A stretch of DNA of 64,000 nucleotides from Antedon mediterranea (taxonomy: Eukaryota; Animalia; Echinodermata). Below are positions 25,001 to 40,000 of the stretch, one piece after another; position 1 is the first letter of the stretch, and every line of letters begins with the position of its first letter. The notes under the pieces were generated by a model that saw nothing but the letters and a program-made list of their open reading frames with translations, ran no database searches and had not been told where the DNA came from. The position numbers were made by a program, and so were the translations under genes. The stretch is taken from positions 12,519,812-12,583,811 of the forward strand of contig NC_092675.1 of assembly GCF_964355755.1 (NCBI RefSeq), given 5' to 3'.

Positions 25001-28000
25001 GATTTTCGAAAAAACTTGTTAACATAAAAACACCAAAGTGCTTAGAATAGCTTCAAATCGCATTTGGAGACGTTTTAGACCATTTTGTGCATTTCGATGA
25101 AACTTGGTTACACAAAAACATCAAAGTGTATAAAATCACATTATAAACCGTTTTAGACCATTGTGAGCATTTTGATAACACTTTTCACACAAAAACATCA
25201 AAGAGCACAAAATAGCTTAATATCGTATTTAAAAACGTTTTAGACCATTTTGAGCATTTCGACAAAACTTTTTCACACAAAACACCAAAGTGCTTAGAAT
25301 AATTTCTAATCGCATTTGGAGACGTTTTAGACCAATTTGTGCATTTCGATGAAACTTCGTTACACAAAAACTTCAAAGTGCTTAAAATCACATTATAAAC
25401 CGTTTTAGACCATTTTGAGCATTTCGATAACACTTTTTCACACAAAACACCAAAGTGCTTAGAATAGCTTCAAATCGCATTTGGAAACGTTTTAGACCAT
25501 TTTTTGATTTTCGAAAAAACTTGTTAACATAAAAACACCAAAGTGATTATAATAGCTTCAAATCGCATTTGGAGATGTTTTAGACCATTTTGTGATTTTC
25601 GAAAAAACTTGTTAACATAAAGACACCAAAGTGCATAGAATAGCTTCAAATCGCATTTGGAGACGTTTTAGACCAATTTGTGATTTTCGAAAAAAATTGT
25701 CAACATAAAAACACCAAAGTGTTTAGAATAGCTTCAAATCGCATTTGGAGACGTTTTAGACCAATTTGTGATTTTCGCAAAAACTTATCAACATAAAAAC
25801 ACCAAAGGGTTTAGAATAGCTTCAAATCGCATTTGGAGACGTTTTAGACCATTTTGTGATTTTCGAAAAAACTTGTTAACATAAAAACACCAAAGTGCTT
25901 AGAATAGCTTCAAATCGCATTTAGAGACGTTTTAGACCATTTTGTGATTTTCGATGAAACTTGGTTACACAAAAACATCAAAGTGCTTAAAATCACATTA
26001 TAAACCGTTTTAGACCATTGTGAGCATTTCGATAACACTTTTCACACAAAAACATCAAAGAGCACAAAATAGCTTAATATCGTATTTAAAAACGTTTTAG
26101 ACCATTTTGAGCATTTCGACAAAACTTTTTCACACAAAACACCAAAGTGCTTAGAATAGCTTCAAATCGCATTTGGAGACGTTTTAGACCATTTTGTGAT
26201 TTTCGAAAAAACTTGTTAACATAAAAACACCAAAGTTCTTAGAATAGCTTCAAATCGCATTTGGAGACGTTTTAGACCATTTTGTGCATTTCGATGAAAC
26301 TTGGTTACACAAAAAAATCAAAGTGCTTAAAATCACATTATAAACCGTTTTAGACCATTTTGAGCATTTCGATAACACTTTTCACACAAAAACATCAAAG
26401 AGCACAAAATAGCTTAATATCGTATTTAAAAACGTTTTAGACCATTTTGAGCATTTCGACAAAACTTTTTCACACAAAACACCAAAGTGCTTAGAATAGC
26501 TTCAAATCGCATTTGGAGACGTTTTAGACCATTTTGTGATTTTCGAAAAAACTTGTTAACATAAAAACACCAAAGTGCTTAGAATAGCTTCAAATCGTAT
26601 TTGGAGACGTTTTAGACCATTTTGTGATTTTCGAAAAAACTTGTTAACATAAAAACACCAAAGTGCTTAGAATAGCTTCAAATCGCATTTGGAGACGTTT
26701 TAGACCATTTTGTGCATTTCGATGAAACTTGGTTACACAAAAACATCAAAGTGCTTAAAATCACATTATAAACCGTTTTAGACCATTTTGAGCATTTCGA
26801 TAACACTTTTCACACAAAAACATCAAAGAGCACAAAATAGCTTAATATCGTGTTTAAAAACGTTTTAGACCATTTTGAGCATTTCGAAAAAAACTTTTTC
26901 ACACAAAACACCAAAGTGCTTAGAATAGCTTGAAATCGCATTTGGAGACGTTTTAGACCAATTTGTGCATTTCGATGAAACTTGGTTACACAAAAACATC
27001 AAAGTGCTTAAAATCACATTATAAATCGTTTTAGACCATTTTGAGCATTTCGATAACACTTTTCACACAAAAACATCAAAGAGCACAAAATAGCTTAATA
27101 TCGTATTTAAAAACGTTTTAGACCATTTTGAGCATTTAAACAAAACTTTTTCACACAAAACACCAAAGTGCTTAGAATAGCTTCAAATCGCATTTGGAGA
27201 CGTTTTAGACCATTTTGTGATTTTCGAAAAAACTTGTTAACATAAAAACACCAAAGTGCTTAGAATAGCTTCAAATCGCATTTGGAGACATTTTAGACCA
27301 ATTTGTGATTTTCGAAAAAACTTGTTAACATAAAAACACCAAAGTGCTTAGAATAGCTTCAAATCGCATTTGGAGACGTTTTAGACCATTTTGTGATTTT
27401 CGAAAAAACTTGTTAACATAAAAACACCAAAGTGCTTAGAATAGCTTCAAATCGCATTTGGAGACGTTTTAGACCATTTTGTGATTTTCGAAAAAACTTG
27501 GTTACACAAAAACATCAAATTGCTTAAAATCACATTATAAACCGTTTTAGACCATTTTGAGCATTTCGATAACCCTTTTCACACAAAAACATCAAAGAGC
27601 ACAAAATAGCTTAATATCGTATTTAAAAACGTTTTAGACCATTTTGAGCATTTCGACAAAACTTTTTCACACAAAACACCAAAGTGCTTAGAATAGCTTC
27701 AAATCGCATTTGGAGACGTTTTAGACCAATTTGTGCATTTCGAAAAAACTTGTTAACATAAAAACACTAAAGTGCTTAGAATAGCTTCAAATCGCATTTG
27801 GAGACGTTTTAGACCATTTTGTGATTTTCGAAAAAACTTAACATAAAAACACCAAAGTGCTTAGAATAGCTTTAAATCGTATTTGGAGACGTTTTAGACC
27901 ATTTTGTGATTTTCGAAAAAACTTGTTAACATAAAAACACCAAAGTGCTTAGAATAGCTTCAAATCGCATTTGGAGACGTTTTAGACCATTTTGTGTTTT

Positions 28001-31000
28001 TCGAAAAAACTTGTTAACATAAAAACACCAAAGTGCTTAGAATAGCTTCAAATCGCATTTGGAGACGTTTTAGACCATTTTGTGCATTTCGATGAAACTT
28101 GGTTACACAAAAACATCAAAGTGCTTAAAATCACATTATAAATCGTTTTAGACCATTTTGAGCATTTAGATAACACTTTTCACACAAAAACATCAAAGAG
28201 CACAAAATAGCTTAATATCGTATTTAAAAACGTTTTAGACCATTTTGAGCATTTCGACAAAACTTTTTCACACAAAACACCAAAGTGCTTAGAATAGCTT
28301 CAAATCGCATTTGGAGACGTTTTAGACCATTTTGTGATTTTCGAAAAAACTTGTTAACATAAAAACATCAAAGTGTACAGAATAACTTCAAATCGCATTT
28401 GGAGACCGTTTTAGGCCAATTTGTGATTTTCGAAAAAACTTTTTAACCTAAAAATATCAAAGTGTTTAGAATAGCTTCAAATCGCATTTGGAGACGTTTT
28501 AGACCATTTTGTGATTTTCGAAAAAACTTGTTAACATAAAAACACCAAAGTGCTTAGAATAGCTTCAAATCGCATTTGGAGACGTTTTAGACCATTTTGT
28601 GCATTTCGATGAAACTTGGTTACACAAAAACATCAAAGTGCTTAAAATCACATTATAAACCGTTTTAGACCATTTTGAGCATTTCTATAACACTTTTCAC
28701 ACAAAAACATCAAAGAGCACAAAATAGCTTAATATCGTATTTAAAAACGTTTTAGACCATTTTGAGCATTTCGACAAAAACTTTTTCACACAAAACACCA
28801 AAGTGCTTAGAATAGCTTCAAATCGCATTTGGAGACGTTTTAGACCATTTTGTGATTTTCGAAAAAACTTGTTAACATAAAAACACCAAAGTGCTTAGAA
28901 TAGCTTCAAATCGCATTTGGAGACGTTTTAGACCATTTTGTGATTTTCGAAAAAACTTGGTTACACAAAAACATCAAATTGCTTAAAATCACATTATAAA
29001 CCGTTTTAAACCATTTTGAGCTTTTCGATAACACTTTTCACACAAAAACATCAAAGAGCACAAAATAGCTTAATATCGTATTTAAAAACGTTTTAGACCA
29101 ATTTGAGCATTTCGACAAAACTTGTTAACATAAAAACACCAAAGTGCTTAGAATAGCTTAAAATCGCATTTGGAGACGTTTTAGACGATTTTGTGATTTT
29201 CGAAAAAAATTGTTAACATAAAAACACCAAAGTGCTTAGAATCACATTATAAACCGTTTTAGACCATTTTGAGCATTTCGATAACAATTTTCACACAAAA
29301 ACATCAAAGAGCACAAAATAGCTTAATATCGTATTTAAAAATGTTTTAGACCATTTTGAGCATTTAGACAAAAACTTTTTCACACAAAACACCAAACTGC
29401 TTAGAATAGCTTCAAATTGTATTTGGAGACGTTTTAGACCATTTTGAGATTTTCGAAAAAACTTGGTTACACAAAAACATCAAAGTGCTTAAAATCACAT
29501 TATAAACCGTTTTAGACCATTTTGAGCATTTCGATAACACTTTTCACACAAAAACATCAAAGAGCACAAAATAGCTTAATATCGTATTTAAAAACGTTTT
29601 AGACCATTTTGAGCATTTCGAAAAAAACTTTTTCACACAAAACACCAAAGTGCTTAGAATAGCTTGAAATCGCATTTGGAGACGTTTTAGACCAATTTGT
29701 GCATTTCGATGAAACTTGGTTACACAAAAACATCAAAGTGCTTAAAATCACATTATAAATCGTTTTAGACCATTTTGAGCAATTCGATAACACTTTTCAC
29801 ACAAAAACATCAAAGAGCACAAAATAGCTTAATATCGTATTTAAAAACGTTTTAGACCATTTTGAGCATTTCGACAAAACTTGTTAACATAAAAACACCA
29901 AAGTTCTTAGAATAGCTTCAAATCGCAGTTGGAGACGTTTTAGACCATTTTGTGATTTTCGAAAAAAATTGTTAACATAAAAACACCAAAGTGCTTAGAA
30001 TCACATTATAAACCGTTTTAGACCATTTTGAGCATTTCGATAACAATTTTCACACAAAAACATCAAAGAGCACAAAATAGCTTAATATCGTATTTAAAAA
30101 TGTTTTAGACCATTTTGAGCATTTAGATAAAACTTTTTCACACAAAACACCAAAGTGCTTAGAATAGCTTCAAATCGTATTTGGAGACGTTTTAGACCAT
30201 TTTGAGATTTTCGAAAAAACTTGGTTACACAAAAACATAAAAGTGCTTAAAATCTCATTATAAACCATTTTAGACCATTTTGAGCATTTCGATAACACTT
30301 TTCACACAAAAACATCAAAGAGCACAAAATAGCTTAATATCGTATTTAAAAACGTTTTAGACCATTTTGAGCATTTCGACAAAACTTTTTCACACAAAAC
30401 ACCAAAGTGCTTAGAATAGCTTCAAATCGCATTTGGAGACGTTTTAGACCAATTTGTGCATTTCGATGAAACTTGGTTACACAAAAACATCAAAGTGCTT
30501 AAAATCACATTATAAATCGTTTTAGACCATTTTGAGCATTTCGATAACACTTTTCACACAAAAACATCAAAGAGCACAAAATAGCTTAATATCGTATTGA
30601 AAAATGTTTTAGACCATTTTGAGCATTTAGACAAAACTTTTTCACACAAAACACCAAAGTGCTTAGAATAGCTTCAAATCGCATTTGGAGACATTTTAGA
30701 CCATTTTGTGATTTTCGAAAAAACTTGTTAACATAAAAACACCAAAGTGCTTAGAATAGCTTCAAATCGCATTTGGAGACGTTTTAGACCATTTTGTGCA
30801 TTTCGATGAAACTTGGTTACACAAAAACATCAAAGGGCTTAAAATCACATTATAAACCGTTTTAGACCATTTTGAGCATTTCGATAACACTTTTCACACA
30901 AAAACATCAAAGAGCACAAAATAGCTTAATATCGTATTTAAAAACGTTTTAGACCATTTTGAGCATTTCGACAAAACTTTTTCACACAAAACACCAAAGT

Positions 31001-34000
31001 GCTTAGAATAGCTTCAAATCGCATTTGGAGACGTTTTAGACCATTTTGTGATTTTCGAAAAAACTTGTTAACATAAAAACACCAAAGTGCTTAGAATAGC
31101 TTCAAATCGCATTTGGAGACGTTTTAGACAATTTTGTGATTTTCGAAAAAACTTGTTAACATAAAAACACCAAAGTGCTTAGAATAGCGTCAAATCGTAT
31201 TTGGAGACGTTTTAGACCATTTTGTGATTTTCGAAAAAACTTGTTAACATAAAAACACCAAAGTGCTTAGAATAGCTTCAAATCGCATTTGGAGACGTTT
31301 TAGACCATTTTGTGCATTTCGATGAAACTTGGTTACACAAAAACATCAAAGTGCTTAAAATCACATTATAAATCGTTTTAGACCATTTTGAGCATTTAGG
31401 TAAAACTTTTTCACACAAAACACCAAAGTGCTTAGAATAGCTTTAAATCGCATTTGGAGACGTTTTAGACCATTTTGTGATTTTTGAAAAAACTTGTTAA
31501 CATAAAAACACCAAAGTGCTTAGAATAGCTTCAAATCGCATTTGGAGACGTTTTAGACCATTTTGTGATTTTCGAAAAAACTTTTTAACATAAAAACATC
31601 AAAGTGTACAGAATAGCTTCAAATCGCATTTGGAGACGTTTTAGACCAATTTGTGATTTTCGAAAAAACTTATTAACATAAAAACACCAAAGGGTTTAGA
31701 ATAGCTTCAAATCGCATTTGGAGACGTTTTAGACCATTTTGTGATTTTCGAAAAAACTTGTTAACATAAAAACACCAAAGTGCTTAAAATCACATTATAA
31801 ACCGTTTTAGACCATTTTGAGCATTTCGATAACACTTTTCACACAAAAACATCAAAGAGCACAAAATAGCTTAATATCGTATTTAAAAACGTTTTAGACC
31901 ATTTTGAGCATTTAGACAAAACTTTTTCAAACAAAACACCAAAGTGCTTAGAATAGCTTCAAATCGCATTTGGAGACGTTTTAGACCATTTTGTGATTTT
32001 CGAAAAAACATGTCAACATAAAAACACCAAAGGGTTTAGAATAGCTTCAAATCGCATTTGGAGACGTTTTAGACCATTTTGTGATTTTCGACAAAACTTG
32101 TTAACATAAAAACACCAAAGTGCTTAGAATAGCTTCAAATCGTATTTGGAGACGTTTTAGACCATTTTGTGATTTTCCAAAAAACTTGTTAACATAAAAA
32201 CACCAAAGTGCTTAGAATAGCTTCAAATCGCATTTGGAGACGTTTTAGACAATTTTGTGCATTTCGATTAAACTTGGTTACACAAAAACATCAAAGTGCT
32301 TAAAATCACATTATAAACCGTTTTAGACCATTTTGAGCATTTCGATAACACTTTTCACACAAAAACATCAAAGAGCACAAAATAGCTTAATATCGTATTT
32401 AAAAACGTTTTAGACCATTTTGAGCATTTCGACAACACTTTTTCACACAAAACACCAAAGTGCTTAGAATAGCTTCAAATCGCATTTGGAGACGTTTAGA
32501 CCATTTTGTGATTTTCGAAAAAACTTGTTAACATAAAAACATCAAAGTGTACAGAATAGCTTCAAATCGCATTTGGAGACGTTTTAGACCATTTTGTGAT
32601 TTTCGAAAAAACTTGTTAACATAAAAACACCAAAGTGCTTAGAATCACATTATAAAACCGTTTTAGACCATTTTGAGCATTTCGATAACACTTTTCACAC
32701 AAAAACATCAAAGAGCACAAAACAGCTTAATATCCTATTTAAAAATGTTTTAGACCATTTTGAGCATTTAGACAAAACTTTTTCACACCAAAGTGCTTAG
32801 AATAGCTTCAAATCGCATTTGGAGACGTTTTAGACCATTTTGTGATTTTCGAAAAAACTTGTTAACATAAAAACACCAAAGTGCTTAGAATAGCTTCAAA
32901 TCGCATTTGGAGACATTTTAGACCAATTTGTGATTTTCGAAAAAACTTGTTAACATAAAAACACCAAAGTGCTTAGAATAGCGTCAAATCGTATTTGGAG
33001 ACGTTTTAGACCATTTTGTGATTTTCGAAAAAACTTGTTAACATAAAAACACCAAAGTGCTTAGAATAGCTTCAAATCGCATTTGGAGACGTTTTAGACC
33101 ATTTTGTGCATTTCGATGAAACTTGGTTACACAAAAACATCAAAGTGCTTAAAATCACATTATAAATCGTTTTAGACCATTTTGAGCATTTGGATAAAAC
33201 TTTTTCACACAAAACACCAAAGTGCTTAGAATAGCTTTAAATCGCATTTGGAGACGTTTTAGACCATTTTGTGATTTTTGAAAAAACTTGTTAACATAAA
33301 AACACCAAAGTGCTTAGAATAGCTTCAAATCGCATTTGGAGACGTTTTAGACCATTTTGTGATTTTCGAAAAAACTTTTTAACATAAAAACATCAAAGTG
33401 TACAGAATAGCTTCAAATCGCATTTGGAGACGTTTTAGACCAATTTGTGATTTTCGAAAAAACTTATTAACATAAAAATACCAAAGTGTTTAGAATAGCT
33501 TAAAATCCATTTGGAGACGTTTTAGACCATTTTGTGATTTTCGAAAAAACTTGTTAACATAAAAACACCAAAGTGCTTAGAATAGCTTCAAATCGCATTT
33601 GGAGACGTTTTAGACCATTTTGTGCATTTCGATGAAACTTGGTTACACAAAAACATCAAAGTGTATATAATCACATTATAAACCGTTTTAGACCATTGTG
33701 AGCATTTTGATAACACTTTTCACACAAAAACATCAAAGAGCACAAAATAGCTTAATATCGTATTTAAAAACGTTTTAGACCATTTTGAGCATTTCGACAA
33801 AACTTTTTCACACAAAACACCAAAGTGCTTAGTATAATTTCTAATCGCATTTGGAGACGTTTTAGACCAATTTGTGCATTTCGATGAAACTTCGTTACAC
33901 AAAAACTTCAAAGTGCTTAAAATCACATTATAAACCGTTTTAGACCATTTTGAGCATTTCGATAACACTTTTTCACACAAAACACCAAAGTGCTTAGAAT

Positions 34001-37000
34001 AGCTTCAAATCGCATTTGGAAACGTTTTAGACCATTTTGTGATTTTCGAAAAAACTTGTTAACATAAAAACACCAAAGTGATTATAATAGCTTCAAATCG
34101 CATTTGGAGATGTTTTAGACCATTTTGTGATTTTCGAAAAAACTTGTTAACATAAAGACACCAAAGTGCTTAGAATAGCTTCAAATCGCATTTGGAGACG
34201 TTTTAGACCAATTTGTGATTTTCGAAAAAAATTGTCAACATAAAAACACCAAAGTGTTTAGAATAGCTTCAAATCGCATTTGGAGACGTTTTAGACCAAT
34301 TTGTGATTTTCGCAAAAACTTATCAACATAAAAACACCAAAGGGTTTAGAATAGCTTCAAATCGCATTTGGAGACGTTTTAGACCATTTTGTGATTTTCG
34401 AAAAAACTTGTTAACATAAAAACACCAAAGTGCTTAGAATAGCTTCAAATCGCATTTAGAGACGTTTTAGACCATTTTGTGATTTTCGATGAAACTTGGT
34501 TACACAAAAACATCAAAGTGCTTAAAATCACATTATAAACCGTTTTAGACCATTGTGAGCATTTCGATAACACTTTTCACACAAAAACATCAAAGAGCAC
34601 AAAATAGCTTAATATCGTATTTAAAAACGTTTTAGACCATTTTGAGCATTTCGACAAAACTTTTTCACACAAAACACCAAAGTGCTTAGAATAGCTTCAA
34701 ATCGCATTTGGAGACGTTTTAGACCATTTTGTGATTTTCGAAAAAACTTGTTAACATAAAAACACCAAAGTGCTTAGAATAGCTTCAAATCGCATTTGGA
34801 GACGTTTTAGACCATTTTGTGCATTTCGATGAAACTTGGTTACACAAAAACATCAAAGTGCTTAAAATCACATTATAAACCGTTTTAGACCATTTTGAGC
34901 ATTTCGATAACACTTTTCACACAAAAACATCAAAGAGCACAAAATAGCTTAATATCGTATTTAAAAACGTTTTAGACCATTTTGAGCATTTCGACAAAAC
35001 TTTTTCACACAAAACACCAAAGTTCTTAGAATAGCTTCAAATCGCATTTGGAGACGTTTTAGACCATTTTGTGATTTTCGAAAAAACTTGTTAACATAAA
35101 AACACCAAAGTGCTTAGAATAGCTTCAAATCGTATTTGGAGACGTTTTAGACCATTTTGTGATTTTCGGAAAAACTTGTTAACATAAAAACACCAAAGTG
35201 CTTAGAATAGCTTCAAATCGCATTTGGAGACGTTTTAGACCATTTTGTGCATTTCGATGAAACTTGGTTACACAAAAACATCAAAGTGCCTAAAATCACA
35301 TTATAAACCGTTTTAGACCATTTTGAGCATTTCGATAACACTTTTCACACAAAAACATCAAAGAGCACAAAATAGCTTAATATCGTATTTAAAAACGTTT
35401 TAGACCATTTTGAGCATTTCGACAAAACTTTTTCAGACAAAACACCAAAGTGCTTAGAATAGCTTCAAATCGCATTTGGAGACGTTTTAGACCATTTTGT
35501 GATTTTCGAAAAAACTTGTTAACATAAAAACACCAAAGTGCTTAGAATAGCTTCAAATCGCATTTGGAGACGTTTTAGACCATTTTGTGACTTTGGAAAA
35601 AAATTGTTAACATAAAAACACCAAAGTTCTTAGAATCACATTATAAAACCATTTTAGACCATTTTGAGCATTTCGATAACACTTTTCACACAAAAACATC
35701 AAAGAGCACAAAACAGCTTAATATCCTATTTAAAAATGTTTTAGACCATTTTGAGCATTTAGACAAAACTTTTTCACACCAAAGTGCTTAGAATAGCTTC
35801 AAATCGCATTTGGAGACGTTTTAGACCATTTTGTGATTTTCGAAAAAACTTGTTAACATAAAAACACCAAAGTGCTTAGAATAGCTTCAAATCGCATTTG
35901 GAGACATTTTAGACCAATTTGTGATTTTCGAAAAAACTTGTTAACATAAAAACACCAAAGTGCTTAGAATAGCTCCAAATCGTATTTGGAGACGTTTTAG
36001 ACCATTTTGTGATTTTCGAAAAAATTTGTTAACATAAAAACACCAAAGTGCTTAGAATAGCTTCAAATCGTATTTGGAGACGTTTTAGACCATTTTGTGA
36101 TTTTCGAAAAAACTTGTTAACATAAAAACACCAAAGTTCTTAGAATAGCTTCAAATCGCATTTGGAGACGTTTTAGACCATTTTGTGCATTTCGATGAAA
36201 CTTGGTTACACAAAAACATCAAAGTGCTTAAAATCACATTATAAACCGTTTTAGACCATTGTGAGCATTTCGATAACACTTTTCACACAAAAACATCAAA
36301 GAGCACAAAATAGCTTAATATCGTATTTAAAAACGTTTTAGACCATTTTGAGCATTTCGACAAAACTTTTTCACACAAAACACCAAAGTGCTTAGAATAA
36401 TTTCTAATCGCATTTGGAGACGTTTTAGACCAATTGGTGCATTTCGATGAAACTTCGTTACACAAAAACTTCAAAGTGCTTAAAATCACATTATAAACCG
36501 TTTTAGACCATTTTGAGCATTTCGATAACACTTTTTCACACAAAACACCAAAGTGCTTAGAATAGCTTCAAATCGCATTTGGAAACGTTTTAGACCATTT
36601 TGTGATTTTCGAAAAAACTTGTTAACATAAAAACACCAAAGTGATTATAATAGCTTCAAATCGCATTTGGAGATGTTTTAGACCATTTTGTGATTTTCAA
36701 AAAAAACTTGTTAACATAAAGACACCAAAGTGCTTAGAATAGCTTCAAATCGCATTTGGAGACGTTTTAGACCAATTTGTGATTTTCGAAAAAAATTGTC
36801 AACATAAAAACACCAAAGTGTTTAGAATAGCTTCAAATCGCATTTGGAGACGTTTTAGACCAATTTGTGATTTTCGCAAAAACTTATCAACATAAAAACA
36901 CCAAAGGGTTTAGAATAGCTTCAAATCGCATTTGGAGACGTTTTAGACCATTTTGTGATTTTCAAAAAAACTTGTTAACATAAAAACACCAAAGTGCTTA

Positions 37001-40000
37001 GAATAGCTTCAAATCGTATTTGGAGACGTTTTAGACCATTTTGAGATTTTCGAAAAAACTTGGTTACACAAAAACATCAAAGTGCTTAAAATCACATTAT
37101 AAACCGTTTTAGACCATTTTGAGCATTTCGATAACACTTTTCACACAAAAACATCAAAGAGCACAAAATAGCTTAATATCGTATTTAAAAACGTTTTAGA
37201 CCATTTTGAGCATTTCGACAAAACTTTTTCACAGAAAACACCAAAGTGCTTAAAATAGCTTCAAATCGCATTTGGAGACGTTTTAGACCAATTTGTGCAT
37301 TTCGATGAAACTTGGTTACACAAAAACATCAAAGTGCTTAAAATCACATTATAAACAGTTTTAGACCATTTTGAGCATTTCGATAACACTTTTCACACAA
37401 AAATATCAAAGAGCACAAATTAGCTTAATATCGTATTTAAAAACGTTTTAGACCATTTTGAGCATTTCGACAAAACTTTTTCAAACAAAACACCAAAGTG
37501 CTTAGAATAGCTTCAAATCGCATTTGGAGACGTTTTAGACCATTTTGTGATTTTCGAAAAAACTTGTTAACATAAAAACACTAAAGTGCTTAGAATAGCT
37601 TCAAATCGCATTTGGAGACGTTTTAGACCATTTTGTGATTTTCGAAAAAACTTAACATAAAAACACCAAAGTGCTTAGAATAGCTTAAAATCGTATTTGG
37701 AGACGTCTTAGACCATTTTGTGATTTTCGAAAAAACTTGGTTACACAAAAACATCAAAGTGCTTAAAATCACATTATAAACCATTTTAGACCATTTTGAG
37801 CATTTCTATAACACTTTTCACACAAAAACATCAAAGAGCACAAAATAGCTTAATATCGTATTTAAAAACGTTTTAGACCATTTTGAGCATTTCGACAAAA
37901 CTTTTTCACACAAAACACCAAAGTGCTTAGAATAGCTTCAAATCGCATTTGGAGACGTTTTAGACCATTTTGTGATTTTCGAAAAAACTTGTTAACATAA
38001 AAACACCAAAGTGCTTAGAATAGCTTCAAATCGCAATTGGAGACGTTTTAGACCATTTTAGTGATTTTCGAAAAAAATTGGTTACACAAAAACATGAAAT
38101 TGCTTAAAATCACATTATAAACCGTTTTAGACCCTTTTGAGCATTTCGATAACACTTTTCACACAAAAACATCAAAGAGCACAAAATAGCTTAATATCGT
38201 ATTTAAAAACGTTTTAGACCATTTTGAGCATTTCGACAAAACTTGTTAACATAAAAACACCAAAGTGCTTAGAATAGCTTCAAATCGCATTTGGAGACGG
38301 TTTAGACCGTTTTGTGATTTTCGAAAAAAATTTTTAACATAAAAACACCAAAGTGCTTAGAATCACATTATAAACCGTTTTAGACCATTTTGAGCATTTC
38401 GATAACAATTTACACACAAAAACATCAAAGAGCACAAAATAGCTTAATATCGTATTTAAAAATGTTTTAGACCATTTTGAGCATTTAGACAAAACTTTTT
38501 CACACAAAACACCAAAGTGCTTAGAATAGCTTCAAATCGTTTTTGGAGACGTTTTAGACCATTTTGAGATTTTCGAAAAAACTTGGTTACACAAAAACAT
38601 CAAAGTGCTTAAAATCACATTATAAACCGTTTTAGACCATTTTGAGCATTTCGATAACACTTTTCACACAAAAACATCAAAGAGCACAAAATAGCTTAAT
38701 ATCGTATTTAAAAACGTTTTAGACCATTTTGAGCATTTCGACAAAACTTGTTAACATAAAAACACCAAAGTGCTTAGAATAGCTTCAAATCGCATTTGGA
38801 GACGTTTTAGACCGTTTTGTAATTTTCGAAAAAAATTGTTAACATAAAAACACCAAAGTGCTTAGAATCACATTATAAACCGTTTTAGACCATTTTGAGC
38901 ATTTCGATAACAATTTTCACACAAAAACATCAAAGAGCACAAAATAGCTTAATATCGTATTTAAAAATGTTTTAGACCATTTTGAGCATTTAGACAAAAC
39001 TTTTTCACACAAAACACCAAAGTGCTTAGAATAGCTTCAAATCGTTTTTGGAGACGTTTTAGACCATTTTGATATTTTCGAAAAAACTTGGTTACACAAA
39101 AACATCAAAGTGCTTAAAATCACATTATAAACCGTTTTAGACCATTTTGAGCATTTCGATAACACTTTTCACACAAAAACATCAAAGAGCACAAAATAGC
39201 TTAATATTGTATTTAAAAACGTTTTAGACCATTTTGAGCATTTCGACAAAACTTTTTCACACAAAACACCAAAGTGCTTAGAATAGCTTCAAATCGCATT
39301 TGGAGACGTTTTAGACCAATTTGTGCATTTCGATGAAACTTGGTTACACAAAAACATCAAAGTGCTTAAAATCACATTATAAATCGTTTTAGACCATTTT
39401 GAGCATTTCGATAACACTTTTCACACAAAAACATCAAAGAGCACAAAATAGCTTAATATCGTATTTAAAAACGTTTTAGACCATTTTGAGCATTTCGACA
39501 AAACTTTTTCACACAAAACACCAAAGTGCTTAGAATAGCTTCAAATCGCATTTGGAGACGTTTTAGACCATTTTCTGATTTTCGAAAAAACTTGTTAACA
39601 TAAAAACACCAAAGTGCTTAGAATAGCTTCAAATCGTATTTGGAGACGTTTTAGACCATTTTGTGATTTTCGAAAAAACTTGTTAACATAAAAACACCAA
39701 AGTGCTTAGAATAGCTTCAAATCGCATTTGAAGACATTTTAGACCAATTTGTGATTTTCGAAAAAACTTGTCAACATAAAAACACCAAAGTGTTTAGAAT
39801 AGCTTCAAATCGCATTTGGAGACGTTTTAGACCAATTTGTGATTTTCGAAAAAACTTATCAACATAAAAACACCAAAGGGTTTAGAATAGCTTCAAATCG
39901 CATTTGGAGACGTTTTAGACCATTTTGTGATTTTCGAAAAAACTTGTTAACATAAAAACACGAAAGTGCTTAGAATAGCTTCAAATTGCATTTGGAAACG

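Noticed and set aside
20845-36543. Repeated 64-86 aa ORFs (MCEKVLSKCSKWSK...), also at 60164 and 62644
   Set aside because: Chance stop-free frames through satellite monomers with non-ATG starts; they only mark duplicated blocks.
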